Assembly: GCA_041665625.1 (NCBI GenBank)
Contig: JBAYIK010000001.1
Location: forward strand, 196,341-260,340
Source: Minisyncoccota bacterium
GTDB lineage: Bacteria; Patescibacteriota; Minisyncoccia; Phycocordibacterales; XYD1-FULL-46-19
DNA length: 64,000 nucleotides
Reading direction: 5' to 3'
A model generated the notes under the pieces. The model was not told the origin of the DNA. It did not search any database and worked only from the letters and a program-made list of their open reading frames with translations. Shown one piece after another: positions 36,465-46,113 of the stretch. The number at the start of each line of letters is the position of its first letter. The stretch's first letter is position 1. The position numbers and the translations under genes are program-made.

Positions 36465-37341
36465 TTACTCGCAATTGAGCGCTCCGGGACCGAGGATTAG
36501 CGACCTCCTCTTCTCTCTCTGGGGTGATGGCTTTCTTATTAACTAAACGACCCTCACCACTTACGACCTTATCTTTAAAAAAATTCTTAACAGTCCTGGC
36601 CTCAAGGCTGTGGAAGGAAATGGCAGCAACCCTCCCACCACAGCCTGTTTTAATCCAGGCGCCGGCGAGCCCCTCTTTAAGGGCACCGATCTCATCATTA
36701 ACAGTAATTCTTAAGGCTTGAAAAGTTTTGGTGGCAAAATGGGTCTTACCATGGAGGCGATTACTTGGCATCGCACTCTTGATAATTTCCACTAAGTCAA
36801 AAGTGGTTTGAATTTCTCGCTTCTTTCTGGCCTCCACTATCGCTTTAGCGATACGACGAGACAATCTCTCTTCGCCGTAACCATAGATAATATCAGCGAG
36901 ACTTTCCTCGGCCCAAGTATTAACTATTTCTTTGGCCGTGAGAGTCTCCTCAGTAATCTCGGTTGCGAGAGTCATCAGGAGCGGCTCATCTTTTTGGAAG
37001 GTGAAGCCCCGACCCGATGAATCGAAGTGCTCAGAATTTAGACCAAGATCAAACAAGACGGCATCTACTTCAGTTATATCCTTCTCCGTTAAGGCCAAGG
37101 CGATATGCCGGAAATTGATGTTTATAAAAATGCTTTGGCAAGGTACACTCTTTAGATTCTCTTTAGCCTTAGCGAGCAAGCTCGCGTCAGCGTCAAGACC
37201 AATCAAGAGGCCCTTCTTACCCAAAAGCTTAGCCATTTCCTTCGCATGTCCACCGAGGCCCAAAGTTGCATCCACAACTTTGTCACCAGCTTTAATCTTC
37301 AGTAGCTCAATTGTCGATTGTAAAAGAACTGGTACGTGCAT
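36445..37341 (-). CDS. rsmH: 16S rRNA m4C1402 methyltransferase
   Basis: MHVPVLL, DATLGLGGH, FQALRI.VN, SFHSLE, NPRSRSA. Confidence 0.96.
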   Translation of the reverse strand: MHVPVLLQSTIELLKIKAGDKVVDATLGLGGHAKEMAKLLGKKGLLIGLDADASLLAKAKENLKSVPCQSIFININFRHIALALTEKDITEVDAVLFDLGLNSEHFDSSGRGFTFQKDEPLLMTLATEITEETLTAKEIVNTWAEESLADIIYGYGEERLSRRIAKAIVEARKKREIQTTFDLVEIIKSAMPSNRLHGKTHFATKTFQALRITVNDEIGALKEGLAGAWIKTGCGGRVAAISFHSLEARTVKNFFKDKVVSGEGRLVNKKAITPEREEEVANPRSRSAQLRVIEKICK

Positions 37342-37342
37342 A

Positions 37343-37777
37343 CTAAAACATTCCTACTTCACTGAGACGCTCGGCCAGCACGTCGGCCTGCTTCTCGACC
37401 TTGTCGATATTTTCCTTCCATTTACGGTCATCCCAAATTTCTATTCTCTCAGACAAACCCACAACCACCACCCGGCTCTTGAGGTCGGCAAAATCTTTGA
37501 GATGATCAGGAATAAGAACTCGCCCCATGGCATCAATCTCTACCTCGAAGGCGCTGCCTAAAATAAAACGGGAAAAAGAACGAGCCGCACTCTGAGTCAT
37601 AGGGAGTTTATCAATCTCGCCACTGACCTTCTTCCAACCTTCGAGAGTATAGGCAAAGAGACAAGAGTCGAGACCTTTAGTAATTACCATTTTCTTACCA
37701 ATTTCTTTACGGAAAGAGGCGGGCATTGAAATGCGCTTCTTATCATCTATGGTATGTCTAAATTCCCCGATTAACAT
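37343..37777 (-). CDS. mraZ: Division/cell-wall cluster repressor MraZ
   Basis: MLIGEF.H.IDDKKR, D..GRVLIP, IEIW. Confidence 0.95.
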   Translation of the reverse strand: MLIGEFRHTIDDKKRISMPASFRKEIGKKMVITKGLDSCLFAYTLEGWKKVSGEIDKLPMTQSAARSFSRFILGSAFEVEIDAMGRVLIPDHLKDFADLKSRVVVVGLSERIEIWDDRKWKENIDKVEKQADVLAERLSEVGMF

Positions 37778-37780
37778 CCT

Positions 37781-37830
37781 TCCCATTCTATCCCACTTCA
37801 TGCCACTTCACAACAACCCTCCCCCACCTA
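37781..37830 (-). promoter_or_regulatory. MraZ-binding direct repeats (GTGG/TGGG with 10-bp period)
   Basis: Minus strand TAGGTGGGGG AGGGTTGTTG TGAAGTGGCA TGAAGTGGGA TAGAATGGGA directly upstream of mraZ; DnaA box TGTGGATAA at 37835-37843. Confidence 0.75.
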
Positions 37831-37896
37831 AAACTGTGGATAACATAAAAAACCAAGCAACGCTTGGTTTTTTATGTTAATTTTTCTCTTTATTTA

Positions 37897-38961
37897 CTAT
37901 TTTAATACAGTCCAGAGATTTGGGTCGCTCTCGCCATCAACTTTAAACAAAGCAACGCCTTTAAGGCCAAGGTTCTTCGCCAATTTAACTTTAGTGGCAA
38001 TCGCCACACTATCAGATAAAACGGCGTAGCGGTTCTGCCCTTCTTTAGTATAAGCAAAAGCTAATTCACCAGCGCTATTGCGGACTGGAGTTGAGTTGGT
38101 ACTTTGAGCTAGCTCCATAAAAGTTTTATAAGACAAGGCACTTAATTTCTTATAGTCATAGAAAGTTCCCTTATCAATCACCTGATAAGCGTAGCCATAA
38201 TTAGCCACACTCAAAACAATTTTATTGTAAGAAATTTGCTGATGAGCATAGGCGACAACTTTCTTTACAAAGCTAATATCCGCTACTGGGGTATAAAGGC
38301 CAGCCGATTTATTGCGTCGATTCAAAATAATATCAGCGGTCATTTGGTCGTAAGCCATCAAACGGACTTCATCACAATAAGTATTGATCATCTTATAATC
38401 ATTGGCATACTCAATCTCCTCAGGAATATTCAAAAAGCGTGAGGAAGGTGGAAGACGGGGTTCAACAGTACAAACCAAGACCTTCTTGTTCTTGTGTAAT
38501 TGAGTCGAGAGATCTTTCAAAAATAAGCCGAAGGTTTTGAAGACAGCGGTAGTCTTCCCTTCATAATCAATATCAATACCGGCATAATTTTTGGTATTAA
38601 CGATATCAACAATTTGTTTGATATGAGCATCACGATTTTTCTTCGTCGCCATAGTCTTCTGAATAGCTTGACCATCATTCCACATAATTGTTGGAATAAT
38701 TTTTACTTTCTTGGCCCGAGCCGAAGACAATAGGGAAACCCAAGGTTCTTGCGACACCTTCATGGGATCCCAAATTACCCCGTTGGCTTTAACTTCGTAG
38801 GAAAAGGGGCTAATTGAGGCTAGCTGGTTCAAATGGGCAGTCGTCTCAGCCGAGGCCGCCGTCTTCTTCCAATATGGGACCCAAGCCGAAAATTCCAAGG
38901 CTTTGGCCTGGGATATGACCGGCAACGACAAAATAAGCAATAAAAATAAGACCTTTTTCAT
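37897..38961 (-). CDS. Secreted glycoside hydrolase family 18 protein
   Basis: Signal peptide; GIDIDYE catalytic motif; LMAYD. Confidence 0.88.
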   Translation of the reverse strand: MKKVLFLLLILSLPVISQAKALEFSAWVPYWKKTAASAETTAHLNQLASISPFSYEVKANGVIWDPMKVSQEPWVSLLSSARAKKVKIIPTIMWNDGQAIQKTMATKKNRDAHIKQIVDIVNTKNYAGIDIDYEGKTTAVFKTFGLFLKDLSTQLHKNKKVLVCTVEPRLPPSSRFLNIPEEIEYANDYKMINTYCDEVRLMAYDQMTADIILNRRNKSAGLYTPVADISFVKKVVAYAHQQISYNKIVLSVANYGYAYQVIDKGTFYDYKKLSALSYKTFMELAQSTNSTPVRNSAGELAFAYTKEGQNRYAVLSDSVAIATKVKLAKNLGLKGVALFKVDGESDPNLWTVLK

Positions 38962-38997
38962 AAGCCTTTGTATTATGGCACAAAATACAGAATTCTC

Positions 38998-39813
38998 CTA
39001 AGCAAGTTCTACTCTTAATTCAGCTCCAGCCTCATCGCCAACTAATTTTAAATCATGAATATAGTCTAGGGCTCTTCTTCTAAGGACAGGGTCTTTTTCT
39101 CTTTCTCCTACTAAATCTCTACCTATATTAATTTCTTTACCCTTATAAGTTCTTCTTTTCCTAGTTGGTTTTACATAATAAAATTGTCTACCCTCTTTTT
39201 CTTCGTCACGCTCTTGTTCAGAATTAAACTTTTTATCATTATCATAAAATAAATAAGAATAACCTCCCCAATCATTTATATAAAAGCCTGAAGTTTTTGG
39301 CTGGCCAGCATCATTCCAAATATTCTGATAGCCACGCATTCTAAAAATATCCACTATTTCATCGAGTTGGCCACAACACCCCATCTCAGATAAAAGGACT
39401 CCATCTTTTACATTATTAATAGCTTTTTCACAACCCCTATTTGTTTCGTCATAAATCAATATTTTTTCGTTTTTGTTGATACCCCTTTTTTCTTCATAAT
39501 CTTTATAGATCTTATTATTGTCGCAAAAATAGCCCCTATTTCCTCTATCCATGGCAAATCTGAAGAAATTTGGCGCTTTTTCATTTGGGTAAGCTTGGCG
39601 CCAAGTATTTCTTAATAACCAACCAAAAGGAACGGCGCTTGTTTCTGTCAAAAAAATATGATCTGGTGCAATTTCGTCGTGCCAAGTTTTTACTCTCTCT
39701 TTAGCCCACTCTCGATAACGGACAACGTCTTCGGGTGTCATCACGCGATAATGTTTCTCTCCACCTTCTTGATTTGCTTTATTTCCTAATTGGAAAAAAT
39801 CTTCTTGGCTCAT
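38998..39813 (-). CDS. Hypothetical protein (AT-rich)
   Basis: 271-aa ORF co-oriented with neighbours. Confidence 0.65.
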   Translation of the reverse strand: MSQEDFFQLGNKANQEGGEKHYRVMTPEDVVRYREWAKERVKTWHDEIAPDHIFLTETSAVPFGWLLRNTWRQAYPNEKAPNFFRFAMDRGNRGYFCDNNKIYKDYEEKRGINKNEKILIYDETNRGCEKAINNVKDGVLLSEMGCCGQLDEIVDIFRMRGYQNIWNDAGQPKTSGFYINDWGGYSYLFYDNDKKFNSEQERDEEKEGRQFYYVKPTRKRRTYKGKEINIGRDLVGEREKDPVLRRRALDYIHDLKLVGDEAGAELRVELA

Positions 39814-39817
39814 ATTT

Positions 39818-40162
39818 TCAACTATTATTTAGCTCTTTTAATAGCTCCTCATAAAAAACAAACAAAGAATTTTCACCCTCAAAATCAAGTTTGGGGGACG
39901 ACTTATAATCGGTCCCTCCAGATACTTCGATGTGGAAAGCTAGATATTTACTACGATCTTCATAGGTAGCAAAAATTTTTTCTCTTTGCTTATCAATTTT
40001 TTGCCAAAAATAATCCTGCTTCTCTTGATCTTCAATATCAAAAATTTTAGCTAATACAGTGTTCCTAAGGTCATTGAACTTTTTAAAAAAATCATGCCAT
40101 TTTTTTTCTTCCAACAAAATTCCTTCATTATCAGAATTTATTTTAGGAGAATCTTCAGACAT
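39818..40162 (-). CDS. Hypothetical protein (AT-rich)
   Basis: 114-aa ORF. Confidence 0.65.
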   Translation of the reverse strand: MSEDSPKINSDNEGILLEEKKWHDFFKKFNDLRNTVLAKIFDIEDQEKQDYFWQKIDKQREKIFATYEDRSKYLAFHIEVSGGTDYKSSPKLDFEGENSLFVFYEELLKELNNS

Positions 40163-40196
40163 ATCGGGTTCTAAATTTCAACAAAAAGAAACAAGA

Positions 40197-41660
40197 TTAT
40201 TTATCCTTTGGTCTCATTAGAGGGAAAATCTGAGCTTCGCGGGTGGAGCGGTTGGAGAGGAAGGCAAAAACACGTTCGCTCATACCAAAACCACAAGTTG
40301 GTGGCATGCCATACTCAAGAGCTTCAACAAATTCTTCATCTTTCATCTGAGCTTCTTCATCCCCCGCTTCCCGTAACTTAGCTTGTTCATCAAAGCGCTC
40401 CATCTGGTCAATTGGGTCATTAAGTTCGCTGTAACCATTACCTAACTCTGAACCAGCAATAATCGGTTGGAAGCGCTGGGTTCGACGATGATCAATCTCA
40501 TCTCTCTTGGCTAATGGTGAAATCTCAATCGGCACGCCAACTAAGAAACCAGGACCAGCAATTTGCTTGCGACAATACTTCCACAGATTGTCCATCGCTC
40601 GCGTAATATTAAAACCCTTTTTGTCATAAGTAATACCGAGTTCCTTCAACTTCGCCTCAATCTCTTCAATCTTCGCTTCGAAGACATCAACGCCGGTCAT
40701 TTCTTTGACCACTTCACGGAAGTCGTAGCGCTCCCATTTCTTACCTAAATCGATATCAAACTCCCCAATTTTGAATTCCAAGGTGCCAAAAGTTTCTTCA
40801 GCGACATATTTATAAAGTTCTTCGACAAGTTGCATCCCCTTCTCATAATCAGCGTAGGCCAAATAGAATTCCATTTGGGTATAATCCTGAAGATGCTCAG
40901 CATCCATCCCCTCATTGCGAAACTGGCGACCAATCTCAAAAGTTCGAGGAAAACCAGCCACCATTAATTTCTTCTGCCATAATTCACCCGTGGAGATACG
41001 GAGATAAACATCAAGGTCAAGAGCGTTGTGATGGGTCACAAAGGGTCGGGCATCAGCCCCCCCAGCCGTGTTTTCTAAAACCGGGGTTTCTACTTCGAGA
41101 AAATTTTTGCTCAAGAGAAAGTTGCGAACAGATTGCCAGAACTTACCACGCTTCACCACCATCTCCCGAACATCCTCATTAAGAAGAATATCGAGATAAC
41201 GCTTACGTAGGCGTTCTTCCACATCTTGGAAACCAGACCACTGGTCAGGTAAAGGGCGAAGGCTCTTAGCCAGAATCTTCCAACCCTCAGCTTCAATCGT
41301 TTTTTCTCCTCGTTTAGTGACAATCAATTTGCCAGTGGCTTGAATAAAATCACCAATATCAATAGTATCAGCCAGAAGTTCGAAGGTTCGGCCCAAGGTA
41401 TCTTCCTTCAACAAAACTTGGATCTTGGCTCCGTTATCAAATAGGTCAACAAAAATTAACCCGCCCTGACGACGCAAAGCCATAATTCTTCCGCCAGTCG
41501 TAATGTCTCTCCCCTTCTCAACAAAATGATCAAAATTAGAAACAGCTTCTTCAATCGAAGTATTTATTTCTGTCTGAGCCGGGTAAGGATTATAACCGCC
41601 ATCTCGAAGAACCTTAAGTTTCTTTAAACGTTCACTGCGTAATTCTTCAAGTGAAGCCAT
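40197..41660 (-). CDS. lysS: Lysine--tRNA ligase (class II)
   Basis: GGADARPF.THHN, FRNEG, ELGNGYSELNDP, LEYGMPP. Confidence 0.97.
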   Translation of the reverse strand: MASLEELRSERLKKLKVLRDGGYNPYPAQTEINTSIEEAVSNFDHFVEKGRDITTGGRIMALRRQGGLIFVDLFDNGAKIQVLLKEDTLGRTFELLADTIDIGDFIQATGKLIVTKRGEKTIEAEGWKILAKSLRPLPDQWSGFQDVEERLRKRYLDILLNEDVREMVVKRGKFWQSVRNFLLSKNFLEVETPVLENTAGGADARPFVTHHNALDLDVYLRISTGELWQKKLMVAGFPRTFEIGRQFRNEGMDAEHLQDYTQMEFYLAYADYEKGMQLVEELYKYVAEETFGTLEFKIGEFDIDLGKKWERYDFREVVKEMTGVDVFEAKIEEIEAKLKELGITYDKKGFNITRAMDNLWKYCRKQIAGPGFLVGVPIEISPLAKRDEIDHRRTQRFQPIIAGSELGNGYSELNDPIDQMERFDEQAKLREAGDEEAQMKDEEFVEALEYGMPPTCGFGMSERVFAFLSNRSTREAQIFPLMRPKDK

Positions 41661-41762
41661 CCCGTTAGAAATTTATTATTATTAAAATATCTCCAGACCT
41701 TTTATCTACCTTATCTATTATATTTATCATACCATTACTTTAATTTTAAATTTCTAACGGGA
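41660..41762. mobile_element. 103-bp MITE-like element at the lysS start codon
   Basis: Perfect 16-bp TIR TCCCGTTAGAAATTTA (41660-41675) / TAAATTTCTAACGGGA (41747-41762); TGG duplicated on both sides (minus strand). Confidence 0.75.
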
Positions 41763-41774
41763 CCATCTGTCTTT

Positions 41775-42239
41775 TTACTGAATATCAATAATCTTATATT
41801 TATTTTCGCCTTTTGGTGTCGAAACAGAAATAATATCCCCTTTTTTGTGGCCAAGGAGCGCCGCTCCCAAAGGTGACTCATGAGAAATTTTACCAACGGA
41901 CATGTCTGCTTCTTCGGCGCCAACGATAACAAATTTTTCTTCATTACCATTATCACGCTTAGTGACAACGGTGGCCCCTACTTCGGCCTTGTCTCCTTTA
42001 TGCGAAGTAATAATTTGGCCGTATTTGATGATTTCTTCTAGCTCACTAATGCGATCTTCGACATCAGCCTGTTTATCACGAGCTTCGTGATATTCGGCAT
42101 TCTCAGAGAGATCTCCAAGGGACTTGGCATATTCTAAATTCTCAGCAATTTTCTTACGTTCAACAGTCTTTAACTGTTTTAGTTCTTCTTTGAGAGCATC
42201 GTATTTCTCCTGACTTAAGTAATGTGGGTTATTCGACAT
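41775..42239 (-). CDS. greA: Transcription elongation factor GreA
   Basis: GDLSENAEYH.AR, IS.ESPLG. Confidence 0.95.
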   Translation of the reverse strand: MSNNPHYLSQEKYDALKEELKQLKTVERKKIAENLEYAKSLGDLSENAEYHEARDKQADVEDRISELEEIIKYGQIITSHKGDKAEVGATVVTKRDNGNEEKFVIVGAEEADMSVGKISHESPLGAALLGHKKGDIISVSTPKGENKYKIIDIQ

Positions 42240-42262
42240 ATCGGAGAGTATTATAGCAGATT

Positions 42263-42308
42263 CAAAAAAAACCCGCCAGACCTTGGGCTCCCTTAAGGTC
42301 TGGCGGGA
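42263..42308 (-). terminator. Intrinsic terminator after mrdA
   Basis: CCCGCCAGACCTT...AAGGTCTGGCGGG with U-tract on the minus strand. Confidence 0.7.
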
Positions 42309-44011
42309 ACGGAGAGGTACTCTGGCGCGTAGATAGTCATCCATTCTAGCAATTGCTGGATAACCGTAACGCTCCCGACGGTATTAGTCCTTTCCCCTTT
42401 TTCCATCACAACGGCAAAGGCATAACGCGGATTCTCGTAGGGCCAATAGCCGGCAATCCAAGAGTTAACTGTCATCTTAGTAACACCAATTTCCGCACTT
42501 CCTGTTTTGGCCGCCACCGTAACACTGGGGAGGTTGAGAGACTTCGCCGTCCCCTCAGTTACAGTTTGGCGCATCCCTTCGTGAACAGTCGTCCAAACAT
42601 TTGGATCAAGGGAAATTTTAGTACTCGTAATAAGCTGGCCGGGTTTAATTTTTACCACCGTTGGTTTGAGCAACTTACCATTATTAGCAATAGCGGCATA
42701 AGCCCGAGCCATCTGAATAGGAGTGACCTGGGTCCCATATTGACCAATAGAAGTATGGTAAGTATTACCCAAAGTCCAAGCTTCACCTTTAAAGTTCTTG
42801 GCTTTCCACTCTGGGCTAGGAATAACCCCCTCTTCCTCTCCGGGCAAATCAATCCCCGTCTTTTCCTTCAAACCAAAAAGTTCTGCGTATTTCTCAATTT
42901 TTAGAATACCCAAACCCGACTGAGAACCAAAGCCCCCGCCGATGATATAAAAATAGACATCGCAAGAGACCGCAATCGCTCGACGCATATCGACAGTGCC
43001 ATTGTTTTGCCAATCTTTAAAAACCGTTTCCTTAGTTTTATCATAAGGATTAGGAACAATTAATTTTCCATTCGTTATAAAATTTTTAAGGGGGTTCACG
43101 GTCTTCTCAGCCAAAGCTCCAATTGCGACAAATAATTTAAAAGTTGAACCAGGCGCATAGAGACCACCAATCGAGCGATCAAGCATAAAATTATTATTGC
43201 TCGTAAGATATTTGCTGATTGTTTTCTTGTCTTGGCCAGCCGCTAAAATATTCGGGTTATAATCAGGATAACTGGCCAAGGCCAAAATTTCTCCAGTCTG
43301 GACGTCCATGATAACAGCCCCACCACCAGCAAAACCGCGATCAATGGCGAGTTGATTCATAAACTCATAAAGCTTCGCCTGAACTTTGTGATCTACAGAA
43401 AGCTTGAGTTCTTGGCCCGGTATCGGTTTCTCAACGACATGATCAGAGACCTGCTTCCCATCAGCGCCAACTTCAACAATTCTTACACCCCTTTCACCCA
43501 AGAGATACTCATTGTATGTTCGTTCAACTCCATCGCGACCCAAGAACTCCTGCGGGTGGAAGCGCCCAGTGGCAAATTCGGTGGCATTAGGAAAACTAAC
43601 ATAGCCAAGCAAGTGACCAAGGCCAGGCGTATCAAGATAAACACGTTTGGGTCCAATTCTATCATCTGTCGAGGTGGCATTGTCTGTCCAAACAAGGACC
43701 TTCCCCTTCCGATCATAAATATTCCCTCGCTCAGCAAAAATTGGAGTAAAATTCAAACTATTATTTTTGCCTCGTTCGGCATAATATTCCCCTTTCATCA
43801 CCGTCAACCAAAAAGTTCTTCCAATAAAAACTGTGAAGATAAAGAAACAAAAAATTGCTACACCATAAAAAGCTCTTCGGCTGATCGCCCTTTCTAGACG
43901 ACCTTCAAATTGCTGTTCATCATAGGCTGGCAAATTACTGGCATCAACAAAAATCTCGTCCGGAGATAAATCAAAATTACGAGTCGATCTTTTGCGGTTA
44001 GTGAAAAACAT
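42293..44011 (-). CDS. mrdA: Penicillin-binding protein 2
   Basis: PGSTFK, SCDVYFY, KTGSAE; follows mreBCD. Confidence 0.9.
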   Translation of the reverse strand: MFFTNRKRSTRNFDLSPDEIFVDASNLPAYDEQQFEGRLERAISRRAFYGVAIFCFFIFTVFIGRTFWLTVMKGEYYAERGKNNSLNFTPIFAERGNIYDRKGKVLVWTDNATSTDDRIGPKRVYLDTPGLGHLLGYVSFPNATEFATGRFHPQEFLGRDGVERTYNEYLLGERGVRIVEVGADGKQVSDHVVEKPIPGQELKLSVDHKVQAKLYEFMNQLAIDRGFAGGGAVIMDVQTGEILALASYPDYNPNILAAGQDKKTISKYLTSNNNFMLDRSIGGLYAPGSTFKLFVAIGALAEKTVNPLKNFITNGKLIVPNPYDKTKETVFKDWQNNGTVDMRRAIAVSCDVYFYIIGGGFGSQSGLGILKIEKYAELFGLKEKTGIDLPGEEEGVIPSPEWKAKNFKGEAWTLGNTYHTSIGQYGTQVTPIQMARAYAAIANNGKLLKPTVVKIKPGQLITSTKISLDPNVWTTVHEGMRQTVTEGTAKSLNLPSVTVAAKTGSAEIGVTKMTVNSWIAGYWPYENPRYAFAVVMEKGERTNTVGSVTVIQQLLEWMTIYAPEYLSVPARP

Positions 44012-44243
44012 AAAGACGAGTCTTAAGCCATTCAATAATAGGAACTAAAAGCAAAGCGCTAATTGTTAGCCAAGGGCTAGAACCAGAAAGGCTATAGAGT
44101 AGTTCATAAAGCAAAACGGCAACAACCCCCTCATAATACCAAGGGAAATAACAAATGAGAGTTAGCAGAAAAAGAAAACTTATCCACCAAGGTAAGGTAA
44201 AAACTGAAACAAAAAGAAGTATAGAGAAACTAAGTCTTGGCAT
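43998..44243 (-). CDS. Small membrane protein in the MreD position
   Basis: Very hydrophobic 81 aa between mreC and mrdA. Confidence 0.55.
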   Translation of the reverse strand: MPRLSFSILLFVSVFTLPWWISFLFLLTLICYFPWYYEGVVAVLLYELLYSLSGSSPWLTISALLLVPIIEWLKTRLYVFH

Positions 44244-45039
44244 TATAAATTTCTAACCATTTAAGCTGCCATAGGTTAACGGGGGTCTTAATTAGAATTG
44301 TCTGATTCGGCTGGCTAGGGTTCTTACTTATCGCCCGGACTGTCCCTACAAGCAAATTATTAAAAAGTGGTGCCGCGACTCGGTCACCAATAGAAATGAT
44401 AGTATCTTTAGGCAAAGACACGGCAAAATTCCCTGCCCCAGCCCCAGAGGCCGTGGCGGGAACATTCTTTGGCCCAATGACAACAGAAATATTACTTTCA
44501 GCGGAAAGCAAGCTTACCTTAGAATACCAAGAGCCAACTTCAGCAACGCGACCAATAAGGACCGTTCTGTCTGTCACCGCTAAATCACCAACCTTAAGTC
44601 TCTTAGTTAAATTATCTTTCCCCACATCAATGAGAAGGGTTTGGTAGGGAACAAAGTTAGGTAAGAAAATTACTTCTCCCACGACAGGGAAACTTTTATC
44701 TTTAGCTTTACCAAACAGAGCTCTTAAGTAATCATTATTGCTCTCAACCTGGGCTTTAGCCAAAAGAGTAATTTTTAGCTTGTCATTCTCCGCCCGGAGA
44801 CGACGATTTTCAATCGCTAAACTATTTTTATTACGAAAAAAATCAAAAACAGTTTGACCAGCAGCAAACAAACCTTCATTCCCCCACCATAAAGGGCGGA
44901 AGACAACACTTAGGGGCCCAGCAAAGGGGCGAAGCAAAACTCCAGCTAAAAAATAAATTGCCAAAAGGACAAAAAAGAAGCTGGCAATCTTCTGAATTAA
45001 TTTTTTATGATTTTGTTGATAGTAATTTCGTTTAGCCAT
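44230..45039 (-). CDS. mreC: Rod shape-determining protein MreC
   Basis: TM helix, coiled coil (EN..LR.EN), LIGRV.EV, follows mreB. Confidence 0.85.
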   Translation of the reverse strand: MAKRNYYQQNHKKLIQKIASFFFVLLAIYFLAGVLLRPFAGPLSVVFRPLWWGNEGLFAAGQTVFDFFRNKNSLAIENRRLRAENDKLKITLLAKAQVESNNDYLRALFGKAKDKSFPVVGEVIFLPNFVPYQTLLIDVGKDNLTKRLKVGDLAVTDRTVLIGRVAEVGSWYSKVSLLSAESNISVVIGPKNVPATASGAGAGNFAVSLPKDTIISIGDRVAAPLFNNLLVGTVRAISKNPSQPNQTILIKTPVNLWQLKWLEIYNAKT

Positions 45040-46092
45040 TTAGCGCGGAGTTAGTTCTTCCTCATTATCGATTAATATGTCACGATAGGCCTCAAAATCA
45101 TCAAGGATAACCCCAGTCCCTCGGACAACAGCCGTCAGGGGGTCATCAGCCAAGTGAACAGGGATTTCCAATTCTTTACTCAAGAGCTCACCTAGACCAC
45201 GAATAAGAGCTCCTCCTCCAGTAAGGACTAAACCTCGGCGCATAATATCAGAGACCACTTCTGGTGGAGTTGCCTCTAAAACTTCCTTCACGGCGTCAAC
45301 AAAAATATTAAGAGAGGTAAAAATAGCTTCACGCACATCAGAATCAGTAATAGCCACTTCACGAGGAAGACCTGTCACAAGATCGCGGCCACGAACCAGA
45401 GTTTCATTATTATCCTTCTGTTTCAAAACGGCTCCAATATTTATTTTAACTTCTTCGGCCGTTCGTTCTCCTAAGAGAATTTTAAATTCATCGCGGACAT
45501 AATTAATAATATCTTGATTGAAGCGTTCACCGGCGACCAAAAGATTCTTAACCTTAACCAAGCCGCCAAGCGAAATAACCGCTATATCTGTTGTCCCGCC
45601 ACCAATGTCGACAATCATATTACCGACTGGATCAAAGATGGGCATATTAATACCAATAGCGGCGGCCACCGGTTGCTCAACAATATGAACAGCGCGGGCG
45701 CCCGCAGCCGTCGCGGCATCACGAACAGCACGTCTCTCAACATTGGTAATCCCCGAAGGAACAGCAATCACAACACGAGGACGGAACAAATTACTACCCA
45801 CCAAGGTCGCCGTCTTTTTCAAAAAATAAGCGAGCATTTCTTCGGCCACCTCATAATTAGAAATAACTCCTCCAACCAGAGGTTTTATCGCTTGGATATG
45901 GGCTGGGGTACGACCAATCATCTGGCTCGCATCGTTACCAACAGCCACGACCCGCCCCGTCTTTTGGTTTAAAGAAACAATAGATGGCTCAGAGATAATA
46001 ATGCCATGACCCTTAACATAGACTAAGGTATTAGAGGTCCCCAGGTCGATACCGACATCATTAGAAAACATTTTCGAAAATTGCCAAAACAT
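45040..46092 (-). CDS. mreB: Actin-like MreB
   Basis: GIDLGTSNT, EPS, DIGGGTT, LTGGGALI. Confidence 0.95.
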   Translation of the reverse strand: MFWQFSKMFSNDVGIDLGTSNTLVYVKGHGIIISEPSIVSLNQKTGRVVAVGNDASQMIGRTPAHIQAIKPLVGGVISNYEVAEEMLAYFLKKTATLVGSNLFRPRVVIAVPSGITNVERRAVRDAATAAGARAVHIVEQPVAAAIGINMPIFDPVGNMIVDIGGGTTDIAVISLGGLVKVKNLLVAGERFNQDIINYVRDEFKILLGERTAEEVKINIGAVLKQKDNNETLVRGRDLVTGLPREVAITDSDVREAIFTSLNIFVDAVKEVLEATPPEVVSDIMRRGLVLTGGGALIRGLGELLSKELEIPVHLADDPLTAVVRGTGVILDDFEAYRDILIDNEEELTPR

Positions 46093-46113
46093 ATCATTCT
46101 TTCGCTCGGTTAA

